Made by a program: the position numbers and the translations under genes. A stretch of DNA of 63,966 bases, the filler included, from Rhizaria sp. SCN 62-66 (taxonomy: Eukaryota), in the NCBI GenBank assembly GCA_001724265.1. It is 4 parts of 4 records of this genome, joined end to end, with 100 filler letters (N's around TTAATTAATTAA, not from the genome) between each part and the next. Parts side by side here need not be neighbours in the genome. Positions count along the whole stretch, not along the records: positions 38,020 to 56,782 come from MEDY01000473.1; positions 56,883 to 63,966 come from MEDY01000607.1; 2 more parts are not named here. One strand, given 5' to 3'. Below, piece by piece: positions 49,501 to 60,326 of this stretch. The notes below the pieces were generated by a model, which worked only from the letters and a program-made list of their open reading frames with translations, was not told the origin of the DNA and made no database searches. How positions within the stretch are numbered: position 1 is the first letter of the stretch; every line of letters starts with the position of its first letter.

Positions 49501-51070
49501 TCACAGTTCCGCCTTGTCGGCGCCGGCCTCGGTCATAACCTCGGCCTTAGCGACGTTGCGACGGTCGTGCAGCGCCTTGTACTCCTTCTCAGTCTGCTTG
49601 CGGATCTCCTCCATGTGCTCCTGCACGCGCTTACGCTCCAGGTCCGCCATCTTCAGCGAGCTCACCCACTGGTCGCGCCCGTGCGCCACCTCGGCGCCGC
49701 CGAACACGGCCGCGCGGAACGTCACGGCGTCCTGCAGCTGCGCCGCCCCCGCCTCCTTACTATCGGCCGCCGCCACGTACACATTGTCGATTACCGTGCC
49801 GGCGCGGTCCGCGTCGAACAGGTGCAGTGCCACCACAGCGGCGTCGTCAAACCGCATCGTGCCGCTGGCATGCGCCGCCTTGTCGGCCGCGGCCCAGCGC
49901 GCGCGCCACTCGGACAGCGCGGCGTCGGCGGCGTCCTCGGCCACGTCGGCCTCGCTCGCCGCGGCGCCACCCGCGCCAGGTACGGGGCTGCTGCTGGGCG
50001 AGGTGCGGGCGCGCGCGTGCGGGGCGAGCAGCGGACGGAGCGCCTGCTGGCCGTAGCGGATGCCGTCGAACTCGAGCACGTGGTCCCCGTCGCCGCCCGC
50101 TGAGGGGGCATTCAGGTCCAGGTGGAAGAGGTAGCTGTGCGTGCGCTGGTCCAGCCCCGCCTGCACGCGCGGCCGCGCGCCGCGCCGGTCCCGCAGCGTC
50201 ACCGGGATCGCCGTGGCCGCGGAGTCGCCCTCGCTAGACGCGTCGACGTCGCCGTCGCCGTTGCCGTCGCGCGGCCAGAGCGAAAGGGCGACGTGGCGCA
50301 GCGGCGCGGGCTGCGCGGCCGTGTCCAGTTCGAAGCCAAACGATGCGATGTAGCGCGTGTCGCGCGTGATGGTGCGCGGGTCCGTGCCGGCCGCGTACAG
50401 CCGCAGCGCGAAGGACGTCGCGTCGCGCGGCGTGCGCAGCGGGGCCTGGGCCGTGAAGAAGAGCGTCAGCGAGGCCGAGGGCGAGGACAGCGGCAGCGGG
50501 GACGGCAGCGTCGCCGCCAGCGTGTGGTGGCGGCCGGTGACTGAGGACGACAGGCCGTACGCCTCGGCGGCGTTCAGACGCCTGGAGAGAGCAGAGATCG
50601 AGGGGGCAAGATATGAATATGGCATGTTACATGTGAGAGACATAGGATATCATTTTTGGAGTTTTGATCCAATGCTCCTCGTGGTATTCAAATAAAAATA
50701 GAGGCATTATTGAGTTTTAATACATCTCGTGATGATTCGCGTGATATAACAACAGATATCCTCGTTTTGTCAATAGATATCCTCGTTTTTATATCGCGTG
50801 AGCGTACCAAGTGGCGGGCGTGACCGCGAAGGGGGCGGACTTGTCGTCGGCGTCATAGCCCTGCGAGTAAGCCCAGCGAGAGCCCTCAACGGCGAAGTCC
50901 TTGCCAAAGCGCTCGGAGAACGTGCCCTTGGGCGCCGCGGTGGCGTCGTACTGCGCGGCCGACGCGGAGACGCTGGGGGCAGAGTTGGCGGCGGAGACGG
51001 CGGAAGCGGAAAAGAACGCCAGCAGGGCGCAGAGCGCGGCGACGGCAATCTTGGTGGTGGGAAACTTCAT
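49501..51070 (-). CDS. Divergent calreticulin/calnexin-family ER luminal protein; exons 51070-50808 and 50581-49501
   Basis: Signal peptide. FSERF...SRWAYS, YGLSSSVTGRHHTLAA, DQRTHSYLF and AGTVIDNVYV resemble calreticulin globular-domain motifs. The charged helical tail ends in KDEL-like KAEL-TGA. GTACGC...CAG intron. Confidence 0.6.
50754..50789. repeat. Short intronic tandem duplication (AGATATCCTCGTTTT x2)
   Basis: Two identical 15-mers 21 nt apart inside the calreticulin-like intron. Confidence 0.7.
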
Positions 51071-51890
51071 AAGGAGACGCAGAAGACGAGCGCAGAGAGT
51101 GGCGCGGGAGGCAGTGCAGGGTTGCTGCTGAAGGGGGCTTGGGGGAAAGAGAAACCGGGGTCTTGGAAGAAGTCATATACGCAATACGAAAAGCAGATAT
51201 GAAAAGTTAGGCAGTAAATTTGTGAAAAAAATATTACGATTCGGCGCTCATGTAGTGTACTTTCCTTGTGTAAAAGCCTAGTGTTGTTTGCAAGGGCAAA
51301 GAAATGAATCTCGCCCTGTCTCGAATGACTTTGGAGAATCGTAAAGCTGGGAGGATACAGCAGCCGCGAAGAACTATTTCCCAAGACGCAGAATTAAGAA
51401 AATAAGCTGAAAACTGTGCAATAAAACGTGGAAGCCAGGTTGAAATGCAATTAACGGTCACCACTGCTCACTAGAGACTGATTTGATACTGCCCAGTCAG
51501 CATTCGACCGAAGTCGCCAGAGTGTGACAGAAACGGCTTTGTGGTCATGACACGAATTGCATGCATACGGCATATATAATGGACTTTGATGATTATTAAG
51601 CAATTGTATTAAGATAAAACAAGTAGTAAACTATCACAGTATCCAATTATTATTCACAGAAAGCAACATTGGCAGCCACACTCAACTCCGTTCTTATGCT
51701 TATGTTCGTTGGCAGTCTCCTCACTTGCGACCAAACGCATCAAGTCAACCTGCACACAAACAAAAGCATCAACAAAAACACACCACGCGTACACCTGGTA
51801 CACACATCATGAAACCCCCTGGTCAGACAAGAAGGAATCTCAAAGGAAAGACATCTCCTATGACTTAAATCCTTAATAAGACTTTAGTCC

Positions 51891-54800
51891 TTACGCGAGG
51901 AGCTCCTGGAGCGCCTTCTGCGCGTCGGGCCCCGCGGCGCCAGCGGCGGCGGTAGCCTTAGCGCCGAACTGCTGGAAGATGGCGCCCACGGTCTCGCGCG
52001 GGGAGAAGTTGGCGGCCATAGGCGAGGGCTTGGGCAGCGCGAAGACCAGCCGCACGAAGGTCGACTTGAACGACGACGATGCCTGGTCCAGCATGTCGTC
52101 GTCCGCGGCCGCAGCGGCAGCCTCGGCCGCGGCGACGGCCAGTGCGCCGCCGGGGGCGCGACCCGCAGCGCCCGCAGCCCCGGCCCCCGCGGCGGCGGCG
52201 GCCTTTGCGCGGAGCGAGTCGACGGATGCGGACGAGGTCACCGAGGCGGCGAGCGGGCCCAGGTTATTGAGGACCGCGGGCGCAAGATTGGCCAGGGTGC
52301 CCGTCTCGAACATGAACGTCACGAGCACGGCCGCGCCGCGGGCCGCGATGGCCTTCTGTTCGCGGTCCGAGACGACGGCGAGCGCGGGAATCCAGATCTT
52401 CTCCACGGCCATGGTCGACATGCCCGCCTGCACGGCGTCGAAGGCGGCCAGCAGCGGTGCGACGCCGTGCGTGAGCACAAAGGCCGCGTAGAAGCCCGCC
52501 AGCGCGGCGTGGTATGCGGGCGTCTTCTTGGCCGAGTAGCGCGTGAACTGCAGACGCAGGATCTCGGGCAAGTACTGGGACAGCGTCGCCGCGGGCAGGC
52601 TCGTCGCGATCGCGCGCAGCAGCGTAAAGCCCGCGCCGTCGAGCTTCGAGTGCGCGTTCAGGTGGCGGAAAATGCCGAGCAGGGCTTTGACCTGTGGAGC
52701 AAACAAAGAGAGGCATTGAAAAAGTGTTGAGAGCATAGAAATGTGAGTGTGTTGAAACAGAACGAGCATGCAAAAAGAGATTAGATCTAACATTTCACTA
52801 TGAATAAAATATATATATATGAAGATAATACAACGCCACTATAAGGCAAAGGATTAGCGAGACGTACCTGGTCGGCGGAGGGTGCGAAGCCCTTGTCGAG
52901 GTATGCAGCGAGCAGGCGCGCGATGGCGGGGCAGTTGGCCTGCGTCTCCCACATCACGGCCAGCAGCAGCGAGGGGAAGATGCCGGCGAAGCTCTCGGGC
53001 ACGGTGGGGCTGAGCTCGAGCAGCTGCGCCAGGACCTGGAAGGTGTAAGGCTGCAGGTCGTTGCACGCCTCGGTGCCCAGGATGACCTCGAAAATGGGCA
53101 GGAAGCAGTTGACGAACGTGTCCACGGTCGCCGGGCTGTCCTTGCACAGGTAGTGGATCAGGCACGCCAGCACCTCGAACAGGTTGTGGTTGAACTTGGG
53201 CTGGCGCGGGTTCTGCGCCACGATCGTCAGCCGGGCTGCGACCTCGCCGATGATGGCCGAGGCGAACGGGAATACGAGCTCCTTACCGACAGACACCACG
53301 CGCAGGATCGCAAGCATGACGTGCTCGTTCTCGCCCGAGTCGCGCTGCTGCAGGGCGCCGAAGAGGGCCGCGAGCGTGTCGCCCAGGCGGTCCGCAATGG
53401 CTGCGACGGGGAGGCGCACTGCGCCGGCCTCGTCCTTAACCGCGAGCAGCTTCTCGATGGCGATGGCGGCGTACGAGTGCACGACGGGCTGCGGGCACGC
53501 GAGCCACTTCTGCGCGAGCGCGAAGACCGTGGGCAGCGCCTCGGCGGGCAGCTGCGAGCGGAATTGGGTGATGAACTTGAGACAGTCGGCCTTGATAATG
53601 GGCTTCTCGTTCAGGTCCGTGGACTCGAGCTCGGGGATCACGGACGTCGTGAAAAAGTCGCCGATGTCGACGTACGGGTTGATCGCCACGGCGCCGCGCG
53701 CGCGGGTCTTGCTCTTGACGGTGAGCGCAAGGACGACGTACATGGCGACGTCCTTAGCCTTCCAGTTGTCGGGCGACGCGGCGGCCTGGCCGAGCAGGTA
53801 CGCGATGTACTGCTTCAGGATCTCCGTCACCTGGGGCTCGAAGTGCACGCACAGCGCAGTGACCAGGTCGGCGGCCGTGCGGCGGCGCGTGTCTTGGTCC
53901 GCTCCGAGCATGTCGCGGCTGACGTAATCGGCCCAATTCTCCTCGAACAGCTCCTCGTCCGACTCGCGCAGCTGCAGCTGCGGGATCGCAATCTTCTCGC
54001 ACAGCGCCGCGAGGTTGTTCTCGAACAGGGCCTTGTACCATTCCTTGCGCGACATCGAGCTGAGGAAGGAGATGGCGGTGGAGACGAGCGCGTCGTACTC
54101 CTCGGCCGCGGAGACCTCAGTGAGCAGCGCCCACACCTGGCTGACGAACGTCTCGACGAAGGGCGTGAACTCCTCCTCGTACTTCTCCGCGAACAGGCGC
54201 GCGACGGCGCACACGGACGTCTGCGCAAGGTCAATAGCCTTGACAAGCGCCGCCTTGGTGGGGCCGCGCGGGAGCGCCTCGATGGTGGCCTGCTGGATCG
54301 CGGGCGCGACCATGACGGAGGCGATGGGCGCGAACCAGCTGTTCATGTCATTCTCCACGTCCGTGTAGAGCTCGAGGAACATGAGCGAGTGGAACGTCTC
54401 CAGGATAAAATGGATGCACGTCAGCACAGTCGTCAGCGCCTCGGGGTTGGTTGACGCGGCGCCAGCGGCGGACGCGGCTTGGAGCTGTCAGTGGGCAAAG
54501 CGGAAATTTAGCAAGTAGATCAATCATGATATATCGGTGAGTAAAAGCTATCTGAGGTTAATTAACGTAAATAAAAGCTGTGGTTCGAAGATTAGAAAAT
54601 ACTTCAGGGTTCAATCTTAAGTTTCAGACACTAGGAGTGTTATAACTCTTGCTTTGGAGTCCGTCCGTACCTGGTCGATGGTGATGGCGAGGATTCGCTT
54701 CATGGGAGGGATGAGCTCGGCATCAACGCGGCCCAGCTCGGCCATAGACTCGCTCGTCTCGCCGCGGACGCGGAAGTGAAACGTGAGTGTGTTGAGCAGC

Positions 54801-55661
54801 TTGAACGCCTTGCGGTTGGCCACGCCGTCGGTCTCGCTGAGGCAGGCGACGACGGTGGACAGCAGGTCGGGCCAGGCCTGGGGGAACTCGGCGTGCGAGA
54901 TGATGCCGAGGGCGTGCTCGAACTGGGCGTCCACCGGGGTTGGCGCGCCCATGTACAGGGCGACAATGCTGGCCTTAATCAGCTCGCGGTCCGACGCAGA
55001 AATGACCTGGGGCGCGGGGACGAGAACGCAAAGAATAAGGTAAGAAGTGAGAAAGTTGGGAATAGAATCGGTGTGCGTGTGTACGTTTGAGGAGTCCAAA
55101 GCAGAACACGAGATATAGTTGATGATAATATACGTGTTATGGTGGTCTTGAGAAGTGAGCCATCGTGTGTTGATCTTTGAAGTAAGAATGAGTCCAAGAG
55201 AAATGTAGTCTGGTGATGAGCGGCAGTGTTGACGTACGTCAGTCTCGCCCTCGTCAACGACCCAGTGACGCATGACATGGTTCTTGAAGTACACTGCAGC
55301 ACGGAGCTTGTTGCTGTCAGACGTGGAGGGCGCCACGATGGCCTGGAAGATGGTGGGGATGAAGCCCTCAGCTGTGAAATGCAGGAAAAGAAAGCACATG
55401 GTGCAAGCGTGTGAGAGGTGTGAGATCAAAGAGAGCGTACAAGGTGGTAGTTCAATTTTATAGCAAGACAACAGTGTGGCAGTATACAATAAGCTCTTGA
55501 AATACTAGAAACAACTATATACAAGCTCTAATATGTAATATGAGCGAGATATAGAACGTACTGAGGGAAAGCTCGTCGAGCTTCTGCTGGGCGGTGGCGA
55601 TGGTAAGATGGTTCGCTGTCTGCTCGAACAGCGTGACCAGGGTCGAAACGGGGTCAGCCAT
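51891..55661 (-). CDS. CSE1: Exportin-2 / CSE1 (importin-alpha re-exporter); exons 55661-55562, 55371-55238, 55006-54671, 54484-52868, 52691-51891
   Basis: Importin-beta N-terminal motif RAAVYFKNHVMRHW, plus EFPQAWPDLL, DTRRRTAADLV, PIIKADCLKFITQFRSQL, VVHSYAA and NPRQPKFNHNLFE. Four GTACG...AG introns; ends in TAA. Confidence 0.92.
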
Positions 55662-55958
55662 TGTGTAAACCCTTCTGTAGGCAAAACGAGGCCGCAAAAT
55701 ATAACGCGTGAGATGTGATATTAGAAAAGCTACAACGCAAAACGCAGAAGCCGTTGGAGAGGTCTGGTGCGCCAACGGCTATGTCAGTCCCCTCCAAACA
55801 AACAGCAAATACACTACTAAGTTCTTCTCTGATAGAATTTTAAATAACAAAACGTAATGCTATGCGCACTTGACTATCTTCTCAAATATTCAAAACACTA
55901 TTTTAACCAACATAGATCGCGTTTATGAAGTCCTAAAATGGGTCGATTCTAGAGTCGT

Positions 55959-56018
55959 TCGGTCGGCTCAGATCAGTCTCGGTGAAGTGACCGTGAGCAT
56001 GAGCAGAGTTCGCAAAAA
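55959..56018. promoter_or_regulatory. Putative ribosomal-protein promoter module upstream of RPL27a
   Basis: TCGGTCGGC (55959-55967), GACCGTGAGCA (55989-55999) and GTTCGCAAAAA (56008-56018), matching the RPL11 upstream elements. Confidence 0.55.
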
Positions 56019-56124
56019 GCCTAAATCATTTTAGGTTGCGGGCAGGGGCAGGTTTTTGCCGCAGACGAGAAGTCGGTTCTGTGTTCTGTCTCTTTTGCAG
56101 GGATTCTCACCCAGACATCTTCTT

Positions 56125-56782
56125 ATGGTACGTATAGGCTTGTTACATCTTGTCATTGTTTTGTATTTGACTGTCGACGCTGCCAAGACCTCGAAAGAGA
56201 CGTGCAAACTCCAGCGACTCACACAACACACATCCCGCCCCACTCTACCTTCTCTTCCCCATCCTTCCACAGACTACTTCTAAGAAGGCTAACCGTCACA
56301 AGCGCGGTAACGTCTCCGCCGGTCACGGTCGTGTCGGTACGTTTCTCTTTCCTTTCCCCTCAAGCCCCTTTTGCACCCCATTTGCCATCCTTTTCCATGG
56401 AAGACCAAGCCTCATCCCATCGGCCAGCTCCGCCTTCCGTCCCTTGGGGCCGCATGCCGCACTGCGTGTTTGGCCCTGCCTCTTCGTTTTGCCTCTGCCT
56501 TTCCCTCTGTTCTATCTCTCACACATCTTTTTTCCTTTGTACCTCGCCTGCTTTATCCCCTACTCCCGCCTCTTGCCCACTTCACTTCCCCTGCGACGAC
56601 CGACTCCTACTTTAGGCAAGCACCGCTGCCACCCCGGTGGTCGTGGTATGGCCGGTGGTCAGCACCACCACCGTACCCTGCTCGATAAGTACCACCCCGG
56701 TTACTTCGGCAAGCTCGGTATGCGCTACTTCCACAAGACCCAGCAGAAGTTTTTCTGCCCCGCCGTCAACGTCAACCAGCTC
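56125..56782 (+). CDS. RPL27A: 60S ribosomal protein L27a (uL15), 3' truncated; exons 56125-56127, 56273-56336, 56616-56782
   Basis: [62 protein letters not shown]. Two GTACGT introns, the first directly after ATG. Confidence 0.95.
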
Positions 56783-56882
56783 NNNNNNNNNNNNNNNNNN
56801 NNNNNNNNNNNNNNNNNNNNNNNNNNTTAATTAATTAANNNNNNNNNNNNNNNNNNNNNNNNNNNNNNNNNNNNNNNNNNNN
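56783..56882. other. Artificial contig-join spacer
   Basis: N44 + TTAATTAATTAA + N44. Confidence 0.97.
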
Positions 56883-57083
56883 GCTTTGACGATTATTTCA
56901 CAGAGATTTCTATTGTGGAAGTTACCTGCCGAAAACTGCGTTTTTGGCGTTTTTTAGTTGACGCTACATAGGGGTTATATACTTCCTGGCCTTTCTATAA
57001 AAAGTCCACCAACAAATCAAGTGAAAGCATTCAGCCCTCTTTCATCACCGCAAGACAACCACTAACACACTCCGACAGACAGC

Positions 57084-59627
57084 TCAAATGTCAGTAAGGT
57101 CCTGTCCGTGAACGATGAGATAATACAAATCGATGCCGATTGCCACGATGGACACGAGTGACATGATGATAATCACGGCCATGGGCGCGGCGTTGGGGAA
57201 GAGCTTGTGGAACCAGACTGGGCCGGGCAGCTGGATCACGCCCTCGTCCTGCGCGCCCTCGTCGCCATCATTGTCGTCAGCCTCGGCGTCCGCACCGGAG
57301 GAGCCCTTGGCCCGCTTGCCTTTGGTACCCTTAGCGCCCTTGCCCTTCTTGGTCTTCGCAGCGGGCTTGGCCTCGGTGACTGCAGCAGCAGCGGCGGCAG
57401 CAGCGGGAGCAGGCTCGTTGGTGTCGTCGTCGTCCATGAAACCGAGCGCGCCGGCGTCAAACAGACTCATGTCAAGCCCGCTCTTGCTCACGGCCGCGGC
57501 GGGCTTCGTTTCGGCAGGTTTCGCGCTGGTGTCAAGCAGAGCGGAGAAGCTGGGCCCGTTGGGGTTCGGCGAAGCGGCGTCGACACCGAGCTCCAGGTCG
57601 TCGTCGCTGTCGTCGTCGCCCGCGCCGGCAGTCAGGCCGCGGCTCTCGGAAGCTAAGCCGCTGCCCGACTTGGACGCGGCGCCGGCCTTGCCAGTGCGTT
57701 TCCTCGTGGCGACCTTCTTGCCCGAGGAGCGGGTGGGCTCGCCGATGCGGATGTATTCGTCTTCGCTGCTCTCGCCGTCGTCAGCCATGCCCGTCAGCCC
57801 TGTGTGAGCGCTGCCTTTGCCGGAGCGGGACTTATGGCTGTGCGTGTAGGCGTTAGAGCCGACGTCGTAGCCGGAGCGCGCAACGAGTCCGCGCGCGGAG
57901 GGGTACTTGCGCAGCGCGAGCAGGTAGATGTACGCCGGCAGGATAAAGTTGGTGAAGTTGGTGAAGATGAGCGAGGTCCAGTTGACGAAGCGCACGAACG
58001 CGGTGCCCTGGTACAATAGGAACGACACAGCCCAGGGGAAAAACACACCCCAAACCTTAGCCCAGCGGCTGGAGGCAATTTTGCCGACGTAGAGGTTATA
58101 GCGCATGATGATGCAGAAGATCGGAATGCCGAGCCCGATGGTGCTGAGCGAGAAGATGTACGTCGACACCTGCACCCAGATCGACGAGCGCTTGTCCGCC
58201 AAAAGCTCGAGCACGTTGCCGCTGGTGATGTTGGGGAAGCACATGGCGCCAAAGATGCCCAGGAAGAGGTAGATCACGGTGGAGGCCGAGACCGAGACCG
58301 TGAGCGCCGAGGTAGTGCTGACGGTAGGCTTCTTCTCATTGTACCACGAAGGAACCGTGTCGATGAACGTGTAGCAGAACATGGTCACGCCCACGGTCAC
58401 CATGACTGCCGGTCCGACGCCCCAGGGCACGGCGTCGGGCTGCAGATCACTGGCGGCAAAGTGCGTGCCGAACTCGCACAGCACGACGGCCATAATGGCG
58501 CCGGCGACCCACTGGAAGATGATGTTCTCGTCCATGTTGAGCAGCCCCAGTGGCATGAACATCAGCACAGAAAGCAGGTACCCGGCCGTGATGACGAACG
58601 CGTCGGCGCCGAGTGCCTCAAACGGGATGATGTGGCTCGCGTCGTCGGTGACGCGTGAGAACACAGGGTACACTTGTAGCGCATGTACCGTCCCGAAAGC
58701 CCAGACACAGAACTTGTCCATGACCTGGGCTGAGATCACAATACTGGCCATAGTCTTGACTTGAAGGGAGAAGTTGTACAGGAGCTGAGTCGCCCACTCG
58801 TGCTTGCCGTCTAAGTAGTGCGAGACTAAGGGGCAGAACTCAAGCCGCTCGTTGGAGCTGGCGCGGATGTGGGGCGGCACGCGCGAGATCGCGGCCGAGA
58901 CGAAGATGCTCGTAATGTTGCCGATGAGGGCGAAGAAGAGCAGCAGCAGCGATGTGAGCACGATGCCGCCCTTGGTGTAGGCCAGCGGCAGCGCCAGCAT
59001 GCCGGGGCCAGTGATGTTGTTGACGAGGAGGATTACGGATGACCAGTAGCCCAGCGTGGGGCCGCCGAGCTCGCCGTTGTGGTTGGGGGCCAACCCGGGC
59101 AGTGGGAGGTCGCGCAGCAACGGCAGCGACGCCAGCCAGGCCGCGAAGCCGCGCGGCGAGTCGTGCGAGTCATCGTCGACGAACCCTGCAATGTTACCAC
59201 TCTTCGTGCTCGCGCTGCTAGACTTGGAGCCCGCGTTCACGGGCTTGAAGCCGGAGAGGGAGACCTTGCCGGCACCGGAGGTCGAGAGGTCAGAGACGAC
59301 GTGCTTGGAGCCATCGCCGTAGTAGTTCGCGGCATTGTCGTTGCCAGCGTCGATGTTCGAGATGGTCAGCGCGGGGTTGTCGGCGTAGCGGTAGAGGTTG
59401 CTCTTCGCCGAGGGCGGAATGCCGCTGCGCGCGGGCGGGTGGCCAACGAGCCGGTCCACGAGGCGGCGGCGGTGCTCGGCCGTGTTGGCGGCCGAGGCTG
59501 AGGAGGACAGCTGCGTCTGCGGTGGGGCAGGGGAGTGGGTCGCGTCGCGGGCGGCCGCGGCGGCGGCGAACGCGGCGTCGTCGTCGTAGCCGTCGTTAGA
59601 CGGCGGCGCAAGAGCGTACGTAGCCAT
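57084..59627 (-). CDS. Amino-acid transporter (AAAP/Aa_trans family)
   Basis: TM1 SVILLVNNITGPGMLALPLAYTKGG, roughly 11 hydrophobic segments, and TVPSWYNEKKP. Intronless; ends in TGA. Confidence 0.85.
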   Translation of the reverse strand: MATYALAPPSNDGYDDDAAFAAAAAARDATHSPAPPQTQLSSSASAANTAEHRRRLVDRLVGHPPARSGIPPSAKSNLYRYADNPALTISNIDAGNDNAANYYGDGSKHVVSDLSTSGAGKVSLSGFKPVNAGSKSSSASTKSGNIAGFVDDDSHDSPRGFAAWLASLPLLRDLPLPGLAPNHNGELGGPTLGYWSSVILLVNNITGPGMLALPLAYTKGGIVLTSLLLLFFALIGNITSIFVSAAISRVPPHIRASSNERLEFCPLVSHYLDGKHEWATQLLYNFSLQVKTMASIVISAQVMDKFCVWAFGTVHALQVYPVFSRVTDDASHIIPFEALGADAFVITAGYLLSVLMFMPLGLLNMDENIIFQWVAGAIMAVVLCEFGTHFAASDLQPDAVPWGVGPAVMVTVGVTMFCYTFIDTVPSWYNEKKPTVSTTSALTVSVSASTVIYLFLGIFGAMCFPNITSGNVLELLADKRSSIWVQVSTYIFSLSTIGLGIPIFCIIMRYNLYVGKIASSRWAKVWGVFFPWAVSFLLYQGTAFVRFVNWTSLIFTNFTNFILPAYIYLLALRKYPSARGLVARSGYDVGSNAYTHSHKSRSGKGSAHTGLTGMADDGESSEDEYIRIGEPTRSSGKKVATRKRTGKAGAASKSGSGLASESRGLTAGAGDDDSDDDLELGVDAASPNPNGPSFSALLDTSAKPAETKPAAAVSKSGLDMSLFDAGALGFMDDDDTNEPAPAAAAAAAAVTEAKPAAKTKKGKGAKGTKGKRAKGSSGADAEADDNDGDEGAQDEGVIQLPGPVWFHKLFPNAAPMAVIIIMSLVSIVAIGIDLYYLIVHGQDLTDI

Positions 59628-60326
59628 GAGCAAGGATTGCGCGGGCTGGCTGCAAGGGGTACGCGCAGGAGGGAGTGGTAGGTATTGAGGAGCGCTGGGG
59701 GGACTGAGGGAGAGAGTCCGTGCGCTGCTAGTGGGCTTGTCTCTCTTAGCGAAACTAGCAGGCTGGTAGGGAAACTGAAACGTTACTTCAGCAACAGAAA
59801 CCAGGTGTATGGCGTGGCTTGTTAAAAAAGGTAAGTTCTGGGTCTGGTAAGGGGTAAATATCGAGAATAGTGTGGCTGGGCGGTGAGAAGATAAGGCGGG
59901 AAAGGAGACAGGGCAGGGACGGAATGACGAGGATGAAGAATGTGTCGTCCCTGAGACGCAGATAGCTGCATGTAGATACGCGCAAAAGGGAATAGTAGAA
60001 TTGACTCACAAAGAAACTATTTGTCAAGGATATGCCTTAGTTAATGATGCGACGGCACCGTACACGGTGTGATATTTCGGCCTCAAAGCCTGCCTGCCTC
60101 AGTGACCTCCGCGAAATACACCTTTTGTCCTCTTCGCTCCGAAGAGTAAAAGTTGTCCAGCTAATACCAGGAGTAATTCGTTGTATCAATCGTCACGTGT
60201 CGCGTTTCGTAGTGATAGCGACGTATTACTATCCAAACCACTATTTCCTGAAATATTTCTGCAACTGCCTCACGCTATCTATGTTTTCTCAACCCCGCTT
60301 TGATCGCGTGCTTCAACGGCTAACGC

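Noticed and set aside
55943-55957. CGATTCTAGAGTCG hairpin containing CTA as a possible tRNA(CUA) anticodon arm
   Set aside because: The loop geometry is wrong and there is no D-arm, T-arm or acceptor stem. I found no tRNA gene in the window.
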